From an uncultured Gemmatimonadaceae bacterium (GTDB lineage Bacteria; Gemmatimonadota; Gemmatimonadetes; Gemmatimonadales; GWC2-71-9): a DNA stretch of 64,000 nt. Below are positions 1 through 10,130 of this stretch, piece after piece. The translations under genes and the position numbers were made by a program. Numbering within the stretch: the stretch's first letter is position 1; each line of letters opens with the position of its first letter. The stretch spans positions 35,206 through 99,205 of the forward strand of contig CAZNOJ010000001.1 in assembly GCA_964574665.1 (NCBI GenBank). The letters are read 5' to 3'. Below the pieces are notes generated by a model, which saw only the letters and a list, made by a program, of their open reading frames with translations, was not told the origin of the DNA and searched no databases.

Positions 1-708
1 GTCGGGGAGCGAGCGCGCCAGGGCTGGTGCCTGCGCGGCCACCGCCTCGCGCGCGTCGGCGAGCCGTGCGCGCACCGGGTGCGCTCCCGCGGGAGGCCTC
101 GCCGGTCGGCGGGCCAGTCCCGCGAGCGGGATCGCCAGCATCAGCACCAGGAGCGTGCCATAGAGCGCGAGCGGTGCCCCGCCCGCTCCCCGGACGGCCG
201 CATCCAAGGCGGCGGCCGCGGTCGGGTTGCCCAGGGCAGCCCCAACGGCGGTGGTGGCGAACGCGAGCAATGACATCGCGCAGAGCACCCACAGGCCGCT
301 CACGCGATCGAGCACCACGGAGAGCGAGCTGAGCCCGAGCGGATTGCCGAGCCGCGACAGCTGGATGCTGCGCAGGGTGTCGCCGCCGATCGTGGCGCCG
401 GGGAGGAACACGTTCACCGCGGTGCCCTGGGCGTACGACATCAGCAACGGCCTGAATGGCGCGTGAAGCGTCATGTGACGGCCGAGCCGCGACCAGCGCC
501 AGGCCGAGGCGACGTTGGAGAGGATCCCGACGGCGATGGCGAGTGCCAGCCAGGCCGGATCAACCGCGCGCAGATGGGTCGCGAGGCGTGCCGGACCCAC
601 GATTGCGATGGCCGCGGCGAGCAGGAGGATCGCGGTGAGGGAGCGGAGGACGGTGACCAGAACCCGGCGAGGCGATCGTCGCGGCGGCTCGAAGGTCGGA
701 TCGGTCAC
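1..708 (-). CDS. Flippase-like membrane protein (lysyl-phosphatidylglycerol synthase TM-region type); its C-terminal part runs off the left edge
   Basis: My own translation of the minus strand from GTG 708..706 stays open to base 1: VTDPTFEPPRRSPRRVLVTVLRSLTAILLLAAAAIAIVGP..GILSNVASAWRWSRLGRHM..FLPGATIGGDTLRS.. It has an Arg-rich N-terminus followed by several hydrophobic helices. The start forms a GTGA overlap with the stop of the upstream glycosyltransferase. It is absent from the ORF track because there is no stop in the window. Confidence 0.5.
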   Translation of the reverse strand, partial: MTDPTFEPPRRSPRRVLVTVLRSLTAILLLAAAIAIVGPARLATHLRAVDPAWLALAIAVGILSNVASAWRWSRLGRHMTLHAPFRPLLMSYAQGTAVNVFLPGATIGGDTLRSIQLSRLGNPLGLSSLSVVLDRVSGLWVLCAMSLLAFATTAVGAALGNPTAAAALDAAVRGAGGAPLALYGTLLVLMLAIPLAGLARRPARPPAGAHPVRARLADAREAVAAQAPALARSLPD

Positions 709-1451
709 CGATTCCCCGCCACGCGCGCGACGAGGTGGGCGTACAGGGAGCCGGGAGCGGCATCCACCGCGGGGTCGAGGCCATGGTGCCGCCACATCTG
801 GTTCCACAGGTGCACGGCACGGGCCTGGGCGATGCGGTCGAGGTCGAACCCCGGTGCGATGATGTCGGCGTACGCGAACCAGTGCACGGGATTGAACACG
901 CCGGGGGCCACCTGATGGCGCTCGAGACCGAAGCGCCGGACCGCGTCGCCGAGCAGCCGCGGCCCGATCTCGCTCCACTGCAGCGCCTCCTTGTCGCTGG
1001 CCTCGCTCACCCGCGCGCAATGCTCGAGGAAGGGCTGGCCGGGTGGGGAGCGCATGACACAGGAGGCGGTCACCACGCTGCCGTCTTCCTGCGTCTCCGT
1101 GGCGATCACGATCGGGTCGTCGAACCGGAACGGCGCGAGGCACACGACGTCGGTGTCCACCCACCAGCCACCCTGCTCGAACAGGAGCCGGTAACGGAAG
1201 AGGTTGGAAAAGGCGGAATAGCTGCCCTTGCCGAAGCCGTGCTGGTAGGAGAAGACGGCATCGCGCGGGAGGAGGGTGGCCGCGTCGCACAAGGTGGCGC
1301 CTTCGGGCAGGCCGTCCACCTCGTCGTAGGCATACAAGTGGAAGGGGTGACCCTGCGCCACGAAGGAGCGGATGCTGAGCTGCTGCATCGGCGCCAGGCT
1401 GCGGCCGATCCAGAGTCCCTGGACGGGGTCGGCCTGTGCGGGGGCAGTCAT
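705..1451 (-). CDS. Glycosyltransferase, DXD-motif sugar-binding type
   Basis: Track ORF 705..1508. SAFSNLFRYRLLFEQGGWWVDTDVVC (DXD = DTD) is typical of the glycosyltransferase sugar-binding DXD family. I moved the start to ATG 1451 (MTAPAQADPV..) because the upstream 19 aa are Arg-rich. Confidence 0.7.
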   Translation of the reverse strand: MTAPAQADPVQGLWIGRSLAPMQQLSIRSFVAQGHPFHLYAYDEVDGLPEGATLCDAATLLPRDAVFSYQHGFGKGSYSAFSNLFRYRLLFEQGGWWVDTDVVCLAPFRFDDPIVIATETQEDGSVVTASCVMRSPPGQPFLEHCARVSEASDKEALQWSEIGPRLLGDAVRRFGLERHQVAPGVFNPVHWFAYADIIAPGFDLDRIAQARAVHLWNQMWRHHGLDPAVDAAPGSLYAHLVARVAGNR

Positions 1452-1659
1452 GCGGGCTCGCCGGGTGGGATGTGAACCGCGAACAGCCGTCCGCCGGCAC
1501 GACGGCACCGCTCACGAAGCGTGGCGCGAGGCCGCGATCGGCACCCAACCAAGGTAGCACCGCCGGACGCGGCCCGTGATCTTTGACTGCCGTCGGGGAC
1601 GGAGGCAAGCTTCGACCGACCCACCGTGTCCGATCGCCACCTCACGCTCGAGGACGCGA

Positions 1660-2718
1660 ATGCCAGATGCCGCACCGGGAATCGCCGACATCGACCCCAC
1701 CTCGTGGCAGGTGACGATCCTGCCGCTTCCGAAGGGGCACTCTCGCGGTAGCGCCTACGGGTTCTGTGGCGGCCACCCCGTCGGTCGAGCCGAGCGGCTG
1801 CGGTCGCCCTCGGTGGGATGCTGGTGGCCGGATGGCCGGCCGGAACTGCTCACCTTCCCGGGCTGCAAGCTGGTGAATCCCGGTCGCGCCGCCGGCAACG
1901 TGATTCCCGGTCACTGGCGCACCGATGACGGCACGATGGGGGCGCTGCGTTGGCGGCTCCGCTCCGGCGCGCTCGAGGGAGGGCGTCTCGATGCCCCACC
2001 GCTCGCCAGCAGTTGGGCGACGGCGGCCACGGACGGAATGGTGGTGGGGATCGGGACCCCGCCTCGGCCGGCTGACGGGCGGGCGCGAAATGTCGGCGTT
2101 GTCTGGCGCGAGGACGGCACCGTCGAGGTGATCAGCGGTGAGGGTGACGTGGTGATCAATGCCGGCGCCGGGACCGCGGTGGCCGGCAACGTCCGCGGCC
2201 GCGCGATGCTGTGGCCGGATGCCGCGAGCACGCCGATCGACCTGACTCCGCCGGGGATGGCGATGGCCGATATCCGCGCCCTTGACGGTGCGGTGCAGGC
2301 CGGTGTCGCCTACAAGGGCAACCGTTCCCGGGCGGCACTCTGGGCCGGCACGGCGACATCGTGCCGCGACCTGACCCCGACGGTGATGCAGGTCGCGCAG
2401 CTCTCTGACGCCGCTTCGGGGTACCAGGTGGGTTCGGTGCGCGCGCGCGAGAACACCCCGAACGGCACGCCCGGCTCCGACAATCGCGCCGTGCTCTGGC
2501 AGGGCGCCGCCGATCGGTGGATCGACCTCAACGCGCTGCTGCCACAGGACAAGTACAACGCGTCGTCGGCGATGGCGATCGCGGTGGAGGGGGACGTGGT
2601 TCGCATCTGTGGCCAGGCAGTGCGCTACGAGGTGGAGCGCGCCGGGACGCCGCACGAATCGCACGTGGTGCCGGTGACGCACCCGGTGCTGTGGACGGCG
2701 CGGCGACGCGGCGGCTGA
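1660..2718 (+). CDS. HAF-like repeat protein (degenerate); function unknown
   Basis: Track ORF 1576..2718, with the start placed at ATG 1660. It carries recurrent units ending in RAMLW / RAALW / RAVLW / HPVLW followed by ..IDL or ..RDL. These resemble the HAFLW..G...DLG unit of HAF-family extracellular repeats. No clear signal peptide is visible. Confidence 0.45.
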   Translation: MPDAAPGIADIDPTSWQVTILPLPKGHSRGSAYGFCGGHPVGRAERLRSPSVGCWWPDGRPELLTFPGCKLVNPGRAAGNVIPGHWRTDDGTMGALRWRLRSGALEGGRLDAPPLASSWATAATDGMVVGIGTPPRPADGRARNVGVVWREDGTVEVISGEGDVVINAGAGTAVAGNVRGRAMLWPDAASTPIDLTPPGMAMADIRALDGAVQAGVAYKGNRSRAALWAGTATSCRDLTPTVMQVAQLSDAASGYQVGSVRARENTPNGTPGSDNRAVLWQGAADRWIDLNALLPQDKYNASSAMAIAVEGDVVRICGQAVRYEVERAGTPHESHVVPVTHPVLWTARRRGG

Positions 2719-2798
2719 CCGGTGCCGCGCCCCTCTTTCCGATCCCGGCCAACGACGTACACTTGGTGTATCCTCCCCCCGCACGCTCCCGGGATCGC

Positions 2799-4223
2799 AT
2801 GAGTCAATCGGCCACCTGGCCCCTCCTCCTCGCCGGCGCGCTCCGCGATGCCGCCAGTCACTGGACCATCCGGAGCCCGTGGTCGGGCGAGGTGGTGGGT
2901 ACGGCCGCGGTGGGGAGTCGCGACGACGTGACGGCCGCGATCGATGCCGCCGTCGCGGCGGCGCCAGCCGCTGCCGCCCTGCCGAGTCACGCGCGGGCCG
3001 CCGTGCTCGACCGGATCGCCGATGCCCTGGTCGCGGCCCGGGAGGAGATCGCCCGCCTGCTGGCTGCCGAGGCCGGCAAGCCGGTCGCCGCGGCGCGCAC
3101 CGAGATCGAACGGGCGGTGTTCGTCTTCCGGCAGGGCGCGGAGGAGGCCAAGCGGATCGGCGGCGAGGTGATCCCGATGGACCTGATGCCGCACGGCGAG
3201 GGGCGGATCGCCATCACGCGCCACTTCCCGCTGGCGCCCATCAGCGGCATCACGCCGTTCAACTTTCCAGTGCTCCTGGCGGCCCACAAGCTGGCACCGG
3301 CGATCGCCTGCGGCGCCACGATGGTGCTCAAGCCGCCGCCGCAGGACCCCCTCTCCACCCTGTTGCTCGCGCGGATCCTGGCCGACTCCGGCTACCCTGC
3401 CGGCGCGCTGTCCGTGGTGCCATGCAGCAACGACGACGCGGCGCCGCTGCTCGACGACCCGCGCGTGCGCATGGTGTCATTCACCGGGTCCGCCCGGGTC
3501 GGCTGGATGATCCGCGCCCGCGCCGCGCACAAGCACGTCACCCTCGAGCTGGGCGGCAATGCCGCGGTGATCATCGAGCCCGACGCCGATCTCGACCGCG
3601 CGGTGACGCGCTGCGTGTTCGGCGGCTATTCGTACGCCGGGCAGAGCTGCATCTCGACCCAGCGGATCCTGGTGCACGAGGCGGTGTACCACCGGTTCGT
3701 GGAGCGGTTCGTGGCCGCGGTGGCCGCGCTCCGCACCGGCGACCCGCTGCTGGAGACGACCGACGTGGGGCCGCTGATCGACGAGGCGAACGCGATCCGC
3801 GCCGAGGGATGGGTCCGCGAGGCGATGGGGCAGGGCGCCACGCTGGCCACGGGCGGCGTCCGCACCGGTGCGGTGCTCACGCCCGCGGTGTTGCTCGACA
3901 CCACCGACGCGATGCGCGTCAACTGCGAGGAGGTCTTCGGCCCGGTCACGACGGTGCGCCGGTACACCGACTTCGAGCAGGCCCTCGCCACGCTCAACGC
4001 CTCGCCGTACGGGCTGCAGGCGGGGCTCTTCACCCACGACATGCGGCGGATCCTCCGCGCGTTCGAGGTGGCCGAGGTGGGTGCCCTGGTGATCAACGAC
4101 ATCTCCGGGTTCCGGGTGGACCACCTCCCCTATGGCGGCGTCAAGGAGTCGGGGCTCGGCCGCGAGGGAGTGCGCTCCGCGATCCGGGAGATGACCGAAC
4201 TGCGGGTGCTGATGCTGGGCTAG
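2799..4223 (+). CDS. NAD(P)-dependent aldehyde dehydrogenase family protein
   Basis: Track ORF 2517..4223, with the start moved to ATG 2799 (MSQSATWPLLL..). ALDH hallmarks are present: VSFTGSARVG, ELGGNAAVII and the catalytic-Cys region YAGQSCISTQR. Confidence 0.9.
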   Translation: MSQSATWPLLLAGALRDAASHWTIRSPWSGEVVGTAAVGSRDDVTAAIDAAVAAAPAAAALPSHARAAVLDRIADALVAAREEIARLLAAEAGKPVAAARTEIERAVFVFRQGAEEAKRIGGEVIPMDLMPHGEGRIAITRHFPLAPISGITPFNFPVLLAAHKLAPAIACGATMVLKPPPQDPLSTLLLARILADSGYPAGALSVVPCSNDDAAPLLDDPRVRMVSFTGSARVGWMIRARAAHKHVTLELGGNAAVIIEPDADLDRAVTRCVFGGYSYAGQSCISTQRILVHEAVYHRFVERFVAAVAALRTGDPLLETTDVGPLIDEANAIRAEGWVREAMGQGATLATGGVRTGAVLTPAVLLDTTDAMRVNCEEVFGPVTTVRRYTDFEQALATLNASPYGLQAGLFTHDMRRILRAFEVAEVGALVINDISGFRVDHLPYGGVKESGLGREGVRSAIREMTELRVLMLG

Positions 4224-4269
4224 CGGCGTCCTGGCCTCCCCCGCCACGGCGCGACACGTTCACCGCGAG

Positions 4270-5283
4270 GTGGGTATGCACAGGGTTCGACGGTCGTTGC
4301 TGTTCACGCTGGTGTTGGCCGGCGCAGTGGCTCATCCGCTGCTTGGGCAGCAGGGCGAGGCGCAACGCGCGCGCACGGCACTCTTCCGTGCCAAGACGCT
4401 GCCGTTCGAGCCCGGCTTCCGTGTGTTCATCGTCCCCGACATGGAGGGGATGGGGAGCGCCGTGGACACCCGCGAGGTGCTGGCCGGGAACGAGGGGGAG
4501 GCGTACCGCGATCGCTCGAGCCCCGACTACTGGGACCGCTTCCGCGGCCTGCTGGCCGCCGAGGTGAACGCCACCATCGCGGGGGCGCGCAGCGCCGGCG
4601 CCGCGTCCTTCGTGGTGAACGAGGGGCACGGCGGCAACCTGTTCGCCAGCATCGAGCCGTGGGACCTCGACTCGGGCGCGGTCCTGGTGCGCGGCTTCCC
4701 GAAGCCGCTGCTGATGACCACCGGGATCGACTCCACCTTCGGCACCCTGATGTTCACCGGCGCGCACGCCAACGCCGGATCGCCGGGGGTGATGGCGCAC
4801 AACTATGCCTTCGACGCCTTCACCGTGAACGGCACGGTGCTCAACGAGGTCGGCATCAACGCCCTCATCGCCGGCGAGATGGGGGTCTCGGTGTCGCTGG
4901 TGAGCGGCGACGACGTGCTGATCGAGGAGACCCGCCGGATGCTCGGCGACGGCTTCGTCGCGGTGGTCACCAAGCGGGCGGTGGGACGCGCGGCGGCGAT
5001 CACCTACTCCCCGGCCCGGGTGCGCGAGATGCTGCGGGTCGGCGCGGCCGAGGCGGTGCGTCGGGAGCGCGCCGGCCAGATTGCCCCGTTCCGGATGGCC
5101 AAGCCGTACCGGGTAGCCTTCACGCTGCGGCGGAGCTATCCGCAGGAGATGGTGGACCAGGTGGCCGCGCTGTCGGAGTTCGCCCTGGAACGCACGGGCG
5201 ATCGCAGCTTCGTGCTGGTCACCAGCAGCGCCCGCGAGATGGGCTACCTGCTCGACGCGATCGAAAGCGTGGTGATCCGATGA
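4270..5283 (+). CDS. Peptidase M55 (DppA-type D-aminopeptidase) family protein, secreted
   Basis: Motifs FIVPDMEGMGS, VNEGHGGN and TGAHANAGSPGVMAHN match the M55 family. The N-terminal signal peptide is LLFTLVLAGAVAHPLLGQQ. Confidence 0.85.
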   Translation: MGMHRVRRSLLFTLVLAGAVAHPLLGQQGEAQRARTALFRAKTLPFEPGFRVFIVPDMEGMGSAVDTREVLAGNEGEAYRDRSSPDYWDRFRGLLAAEVNATIAGARSAGAASFVVNEGHGGNLFASIEPWDLDSGAVLVRGFPKPLLMTTGIDSTFGTLMFTGAHANAGSPGVMAHNYAFDAFTVNGTVLNEVGINALIAGEMGVSVSLVSGDDVLIEETRRMLGDGFVAVVTKRAVGRAAAITYSPARVREMLRVGAAEAVRRERAGQIAPFRMAKPYRVAFTLRRSYPQEMVDQVAALSEFALERTGDRSFVLVTSSAREMGYLLDAIESVVIR

Positions 5284-6290
5284 GCCGCCGCTCCCTGATC
5301 CTGGCTGCGCTGCTGGCTCCGGCCTGGGCGTCCGCCCAGGCCACGCCGCGCGACACCACGCCACCGGCCGCGGTGTTCGGCGTGACCGAGTGGCAACTGG
5401 CCCGCCAGAAGCTCGAGCTCGACATGCAGCGCGACGGCTTCTCGCTCTACATCATCGCCGACATGGAGGGCCTCGGCGGCGCGGTGCGGAACGCCACCGA
5501 GATGCGGCCGGTCTACCGGGGTGGCTCCCCGCAGCACGAGCGGTTCCGGCGGCAGCTCACCGACGAGGTGAACGCGGTGATCGCCGGGGCCCGCGCAGCC
5601 GGCGCCACCCAGTTCATCGTCAATGACGGCCACGGCGGCACCCTGTTCCGGAACGTCCTCCCGGAGCTGCTCGACCCCGAGGCGATCCTGATCCGCGGTT
5701 ATCCCAAGCCGATCGTGATGTCCACCGGGATCAACCCGATGGTGGACGGCATCGTGATGATCGGCGGCCACGCCAACGCGGGGAGCCCGGGGATCATCGC
5801 CCACAACTTTGCGTTCGACTCATTCACGGTGAACGGCCAGGTGCTCAACGAATCGGGGATCGCGGCGTTCATCGGCGGCGAGATGGGGGTGCCGTTCGTG
5901 CTGGTGGCCGGCGACGACGTCCTCGCCGAGGAGACGCGGGCGATGCTCGGCCCGATCGAGGCCGTGGTGGTCAAGACGGCGTTCTCCGGGTCGGCGGCCG
6001 CGGTGCAATCGCCGGCACGGGTGAGCCAACTGCTCCACGACGCGGCCGCGCGGGCGGTCCGTCGCGCGCGAAGCGGTGAGCTCCGGCCGCTGACCTTTGC
6101 CAGGCCGTACCAGGTGCGCTTCTGCCTGCGGCGCGGCTACGCGCGCGACGAGTGGATCCGCACCACGGTGGGTCGCTTCGAAGGCGTGGTCCCCGATGGC
6201 GGGGAGGGATGCTTCGCCTACACCACCGACCGCGCGGAGCATGTGGGGAACCTGCTCAATGAGGTGGAATGGACGGTGCTCAAGCCGTGA
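5280..6290 (+). CDS. Peptidase M55 (DppA-type) family protein, secreted paralogue
   Basis: The start ATG 5280 forms an ATGA overlap with the upstream stop. The sequence MSRRSLILAALLAPAWASAQ.. IIADMEGLGG, VNDGHGGT, GGHANAGSPGIIAHN is colinear with the preceding gene. Confidence 0.85.
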   Translation: MSRRSLILAALLAPAWASAQATPRDTTPPAAVFGVTEWQLARQKLELDMQRDGFSLYIIADMEGLGGAVRNATEMRPVYRGGSPQHERFRRQLTDEVNAVIAGARAAGATQFIVNDGHGGTLFRNVLPELLDPEAILIRGYPKPIVMSTGINPMVDGIVMIGGHANAGSPGIIAHNFAFDSFTVNGQVLNESGIAAFIGGEMGVPFVLVAGDDVLAEETRAMLGPIEAVVVKTAFSGSAAAVQSPARVSQLLHDAAARAVRRARSGELRPLTFARPYQVRFCLRRGYARDEWIRTTVGRFEGVVPDGGEGCFAYTTDRAEHVGNLLNEVEWTVLKP

Positions 6291-6769
6291 CCGAGCCGGA
6301 CTGGGCCACCGCCGACCTGATGGATGCCCATCCCGGGCGGCTCCGCGCCGTGCTGCTGCCGCTCCACGATCATGGCGGCGTCACGCGGTTCACCGGCGAG
6401 ATCGCCACGCTGCGGGTGGATCGCGACTGGCGCCCGGTGCTGCGGGAGCTGGAGCAGGCCGGGGCCGGCCGGGTCCTGGTGGTGGATGGCGGCGGCGCCC
6501 TCGACCGCGCCGTGCTGGGGGAGCGACTGCTCGGCACCGCGGCGCGGAATGGCTGGGCGGGGGTGGTGATCCACGGTGCGGTGCGCGACACGGCGCTCAC
6601 CCGGGCCATTCCGATCGGGCTCCGGGCGCTTGGCACCACCCCCGAACGCGGCCAGTCTGGCGCGGGTACCGAGCGGCAGTGCGTGTTGGAGTTCGGCGGC
6701 GCCAGGTTCACGCCGGGTGAACGACTCTGGGCCGATGCCGACGGGATCGTGGTGGGGAGCGTGGCGTAG
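6269..6769 (+). CDS. RraA family protein (RNase E regulator / HMG-type aldolase fold)
   Basis: TADLMDAHPG..FTGEIATLRV..GRVLVVDGGGALDRAVLGERLLGTAARNGWAGVVIHGAVRD is typical of RraA/MenG-like proteins. It overlaps the upstream gene by 22 nt. Confidence 0.85.
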   Translation: MDGAQAVTEPDWATADLMDAHPGRLRAVLLPLHDHGGVTRFTGEIATLRVDRDWRPVLRELEQAGAGRVLVVDGGGALDRAVLGERLLGTAARNGWAGVVIHGAVRDTALTRAIPIGLRALGTTPERGQSGAGTERQCVLEFGGARFTPGERLWADADGIVVGSVA

Positions 6770-6799
6770 CGCGGAACCGGCAGTGGCGCGGGTCGGCCG

Positions 6800-6805
6800 T
6801 ATATT
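6800..6805 (+). promoter_or_regulatory. Candidate -10 element (TATATT) upstream of the sensor kinase operon
   Basis: This is an isolated AT hexamer in an otherwise GC-rich spacer, 27 nt upstream of ATG 6832. No convincing -35 was seen. Confidence 0.25.
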
Positions 6806-6831
6806 GAGATGTCCCACCCTCCCGGGGCCCG

Positions 6832-9759
6832 ATGCCCAAGCGCGCCTCCAGCAAGCCAGCAGCGGCATCCCCCGGTATGCGGCGGGGCACCCTTGCCCAG
6901 CGGCAGTCCGCCCTGCTCCGCCTCTCCGCCGAGGTGGCCGCCGCCCACGACGAGGACGACATCTGCCAGCGCGTCGTCCGCGGCCTCCACGACGACGCCC
7001 TCGGCTACGCCTTCCTCGGCATCTTCCTCCTCGACGCCACCGGCGACCGCGTGCTCAAGGCGAGCATCGGGTGGCCGGACGTGCCCCCCAACTGGCGGGT
7101 GAAGAGCGGCGAGGGGCTCTCCGATCGCGCCATCAAGGACGGCAAGCTCCACTACACACCCGCCGTCGCCACCGAGCAGGCCTACCTGCCGAGCCTCAAC
7201 AGCGGCAGCGAAGTGGACGTGCCGCTTCGCGTGGATGGCGAGGTGATCGGCGTGCTCGTGGTGGAGAGCACGATGCCGGAGGCGTTCTCGACCGCGGACT
7301 TCAAGGTGCTCACCGCGGTGGCCGACTTCGCTGCGCTGGCGATCGGCCGCGCCCGCCTCCTCCTCGCCGCCCGCCGCCGCGCCGACGAGCAGCAGGCGCT
7401 GCTCGACACCATGACCGACCTGTCGGGCCGCCTCGAGCTCTCCCGGCTGCTGCACGCCGTGCTCGGCCGCGCGGTGTCGCTCCTCGGCGTGACCGGCGGC
7501 GAACTGGCCATCTACGACGAGGAGCGCCAGGAACTGGAGGTGGTGGCGAGTTCGGGCATCTCCCGCGACTCGACCGGCACCCGGATCGGACTGGGCGAAG
7601 GGGCGATGGGTCGCGTCGCGGTGTCGCACGAGCCGATGATCATCCCCAACTACGACGAATGGGCGGGCCGCTCGACCAAGTACTCCGACGTGCGCGACAC
7701 GGTGCAGGCGGTGATGGTGGCCCCGCTGCTGATCGAGAGCCGGCTGGTGGGCGCCATCGCGTCGGTGCACGCCGACCCGACCCGCCACTTCGGTCCCGAC
7801 GACCTGCGGCTGCTGCAGCTCTTCGCGCCGCAGGCGGCGATCGCGATCGAAAACGCCAGGCTCTACACCGAGGCGCAGCGCCAGAAGGAGTACTTCGAGG
7901 CAGTGGTGGCCACTTCGCCGGTGGCGATCGTGACGCTCTCGCTCGACGGCAGGATCACCGCGTTCAACCCGGCGTTCGAGACGCTGTTCGGCTACACGCC
8001 GGCAGAGGCCATCGGCCGCAACCTCGACGAGTTGATCAACGACGAACGGACCATGGACGAGGCCAACGCCTACACCTCGCGCGCCAGCCACGCGGTGGCA
8101 CGCGGGATCGGCCGCCGTCGCCGGAAGGACGGCACGCTGATCGACGTCGAGCTGGCCGGGGTGCCGGTGGCGGTGGAGGGACGCAACGTCGGGATCATGG
8201 CGCTCTACCACGACGTGAGCGGGTTGCTGGAGGCGAAGCGCGAGGCGGAGTCGGCCAACCAGGCCAAGAGCCGCTTCCTGGCGAACATGAGCCACGAGCT
8301 GCGGACCCCCCTCAACGCGATCATCGGCTACAGCGAGATGCTCAAGGAGGACGCCGAGGCGGAGGGGCGCACCGAGGTGGTGGCCGACCTGGAGAAGATC
8401 CGTTCGTCGGGTCGCCACCTGCTGGCCCTGATCAACGACGTGCTGGACCTGTCGAAGATCGAGGCCGGGAAGATGGAGCTCTTCCTCGAGACGTTCGAGG
8501 TGGCCCCGCTGGTGGAGGAGGTGCGCACCACCGTGCAGCCGCTGATCGCCCAGAACGGCAACACGCTGCACGTGCGGGTGGCCCCCGACGCGGGGGCGCT
8601 CCGCGCCGACCTCACCAAGGTGCGGCAGATGCTGCTCAACCTCCTCTCCAACGCCACCAAGTTCACCGAGCGGGGCAACATCCACCTCGACGTGAGCCGG
8701 AGCGGCCGCGACCTGCGCTTTGCCGTGCGGGACGAGGGGATCGGCATGACACCGGAACAGCAGGGTCGCCTCTTCGAGGCGTTCCAGCAGGCCGAGGCCT
8801 CGACCACGCGCCGGTTCGGGGGCACCGGGCTTGGGCTGGTGATCACCCGGCGATTCTGCGAGATGATGCACGGCGAGGTCACCGTGGAGAGCGCCCCGGG
8901 CGTGGGTTCCACCTTCACCATCCGGCTGCCGGACGACGTCTCGGGGGCGGTGGAGCCCGAGCCCCCGCCCGTGGACGCGGGCCCCGGGGCGCACGGCCGG
9001 GTGCTGGTGATCGACGACGAGGCGCCGGTCCGGACCCTGCTGCGCCGCTTCCTCACCCGCGAGGGATTCGCGGTGGAGGAGGCGGCTGGCGGCGAGGCGG
9101 GGCTGGCGCTGGCGCGCGCGCACCACCCGGACGCGATCACCCTCGACGTGATGATGCCGGGCATGGACGGGTGGGAGGTGCTCGCCGCGCTCAAGGGCGA
9201 TCCGGCGCTCGCCGACATCCCGGTGATCATGCTCACCGTGGTGGACGACAAGAAGACCGGGTACGCGCTGGGGGCGGCGGAGTACCTCACCAAGCCGCTC
9301 GACCGCGAGCACCTCCGGCGGGTGCTGCACCGCTACCGCGCCGACGAGGGCGCCACCCGGGTGCTGGTGGTGGAGGACGATCCGGCCACGGCCGAGCTGA
9401 TCCGGCGCACCCTGGAGGCGGAGGGGTGGACGGTCACCCACGCGCGCAACGGCCGCGAGGCACTGGCGCGGCTCGACGAGGCGCCGCCGGCGCTGATCCT
9501 GCTCGACCTGATGATGCCCGAGATGGACGGGTTCGACTTTCTCGAGGCCTTGCGCGCCCCGCCGCGCTCGAGCGAGGTGCCGGTGGTGATCGTGACCGCC
9601 AAGGACCTCACCGCCGAGGAGCATCGGCGACTCAACGGCCACGTGACGGCGGTGCTGCAGAAGGGGAGCTACTCGCGGGATGAGCTCCTCTCCGAGATCG
9701 CCTCCGAACTCGGCTCGCGCCTGCGCCGATCGGCGCCACTCCCCGAGGAGACTCCGTGA
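6832..9759 (+). CDS. Hybrid sensor histidine kinase (GAF-GAF-PAS-HisKA-HATPase-REC-REC)
   Basis: H-box [25 protein letters not shown] and ATPase G-boxes ([16 protein letters not shown]) are present. There are two receiver domains ([24 protein letters not shown] and [23 protein letters not shown]). N-terminal GAF-like and PAS-like regions are also present. Confidence 0.9.
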   Translation: MPKRASSKPAAASPGMRRGTLAQRQSALLRLSAEVAAAHDEDDICQRVVRGLHDDALGYAFLGIFLLDATGDRVLKASIGWPDVPPNWRVKSGEGLSDRAIKDGKLHYTPAVATEQAYLPSLNSGSEVDVPLRVDGEVIGVLVVESTMPEAFSTADFKVLTAVADFAALAIGRARLLLAARRRADEQQALLDTMTDLSGRLELSRLLHAVLGRAVSLLGVTGGELAIYDEERQELEVVASSGISRDSTGTRIGLGEGAMGRVAVSHEPMIIPNYDEWAGRSTKYSDVRDTVQAVMVAPLLIESRLVGAIASVHADPTRHFGPDDLRLLQLFAPQAAIAIENARLYTEAQRQKEYFEAVVATSPVAIVTLSLDGRITAFNPAFETLFGYTPAEAIGRNLDELINDERTMDEANAYTSRASHAVARGIGRRRRKDGTLIDVELAGVPVAVEGRNVGIMALYHDVSGLLEAKREAESANQAKSRFLANMSHELRTPLNAIIGYSEMLKEDAEAEGRTEVVADLEKIRSSGRHLLALINDVLDLSKIEAGKMELFLETFEVAPLVEEVRTTVQPLIAQNGNTLHVRVAPDAGALRADLTKVRQMLLNLLSNATKFTERGNIHLDVSRSGRDLRFAVRDEGIGMTPEQQGRLFEAFQQAEASTTRRFGGTGLGLVITRRFCEMMHGEVTVESAPGVGSTFTIRLPDDVSGAVEPEPPPVDAGPGAHGRVLVIDDEAPVRTLLRRFLTREGFAVEEAAGGEAGLALARAHHPDAITLDVMMPGMDGWEVLAALKGDPALADIPVIMLTVVDDKKTGYALGAAEYLTKPLDREHLRRVLHRYRADEGATRVLVVEDDPATAELIRRTLEAEGWTVTHARNGREALARLDEAPPALILLDLMMPEMDGFDFLEALRAPPRSSEVPVVIVTAKDLTAEEHRRLNGHVTAVLQKGSYSRDELLSEIASELGSRLRRSAPLPEETP

Positions 9760-10130
9760 CGCATCGTGTGCTGCTGGTGGAAGACAACGAGATGAACCGC
9801 GACATGCTGTCGCGCCGCCTCCGCAAGGTGGGCTACGAGGTGGAGATGGCGTTCGACGGCGCCCAGGGGGTCGCCATGGCGCGCCGGGGCGGCTGGGACA
9901 TCATCCTGATGGACATGTCGCTGCCGGAGATCGACGGCTGGCAGGCGACCCGCGAGATCCGTGCGACCCCAGGGCTCGAGACGGTGCCGATCATCGCCTT
10001 GACCGCCCACGCGATGGCCGGCGACCGTGACAAGGCCATGGAGGCCGGCTGCAGCGACTACGACACCAAGCCGGTCGAGCTGCCCCGGCTGCTGGCCAAG
10101 ATGACCGCGCTGCTCGGCGAGCCGGGGTGA
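9756..10130 (+). CDS. Single-domain response regulator (CheY-like receiver)
   Basis: [62 protein letters not shown]. The GTG start forms a GTGA overlap with the kinase stop. Confidence 0.9.
   Translation: MTHRVLLVEDNEMNRDMLSRRLRKVGYEVEMAFDGAQGVAMARRGGWDIILMDMSLPEIDGWQATREIRATPGLETVPIIALTAHAMAGDRDKAMEAGCSDYDTKPVELPRLLAKMTALLGEPG

Noticed and set aside
6370-9642. A 1090-aa ORF antisense to the hybrid histidine kinase.
   Set aside because: It is a shadow ORF typical of GC-rich DNA. Its composition is Arg/Gly/Pro/His-rich and low in complexity, with no recognisable motifs. The sense strand encodes a complete, motif-rich kinase.
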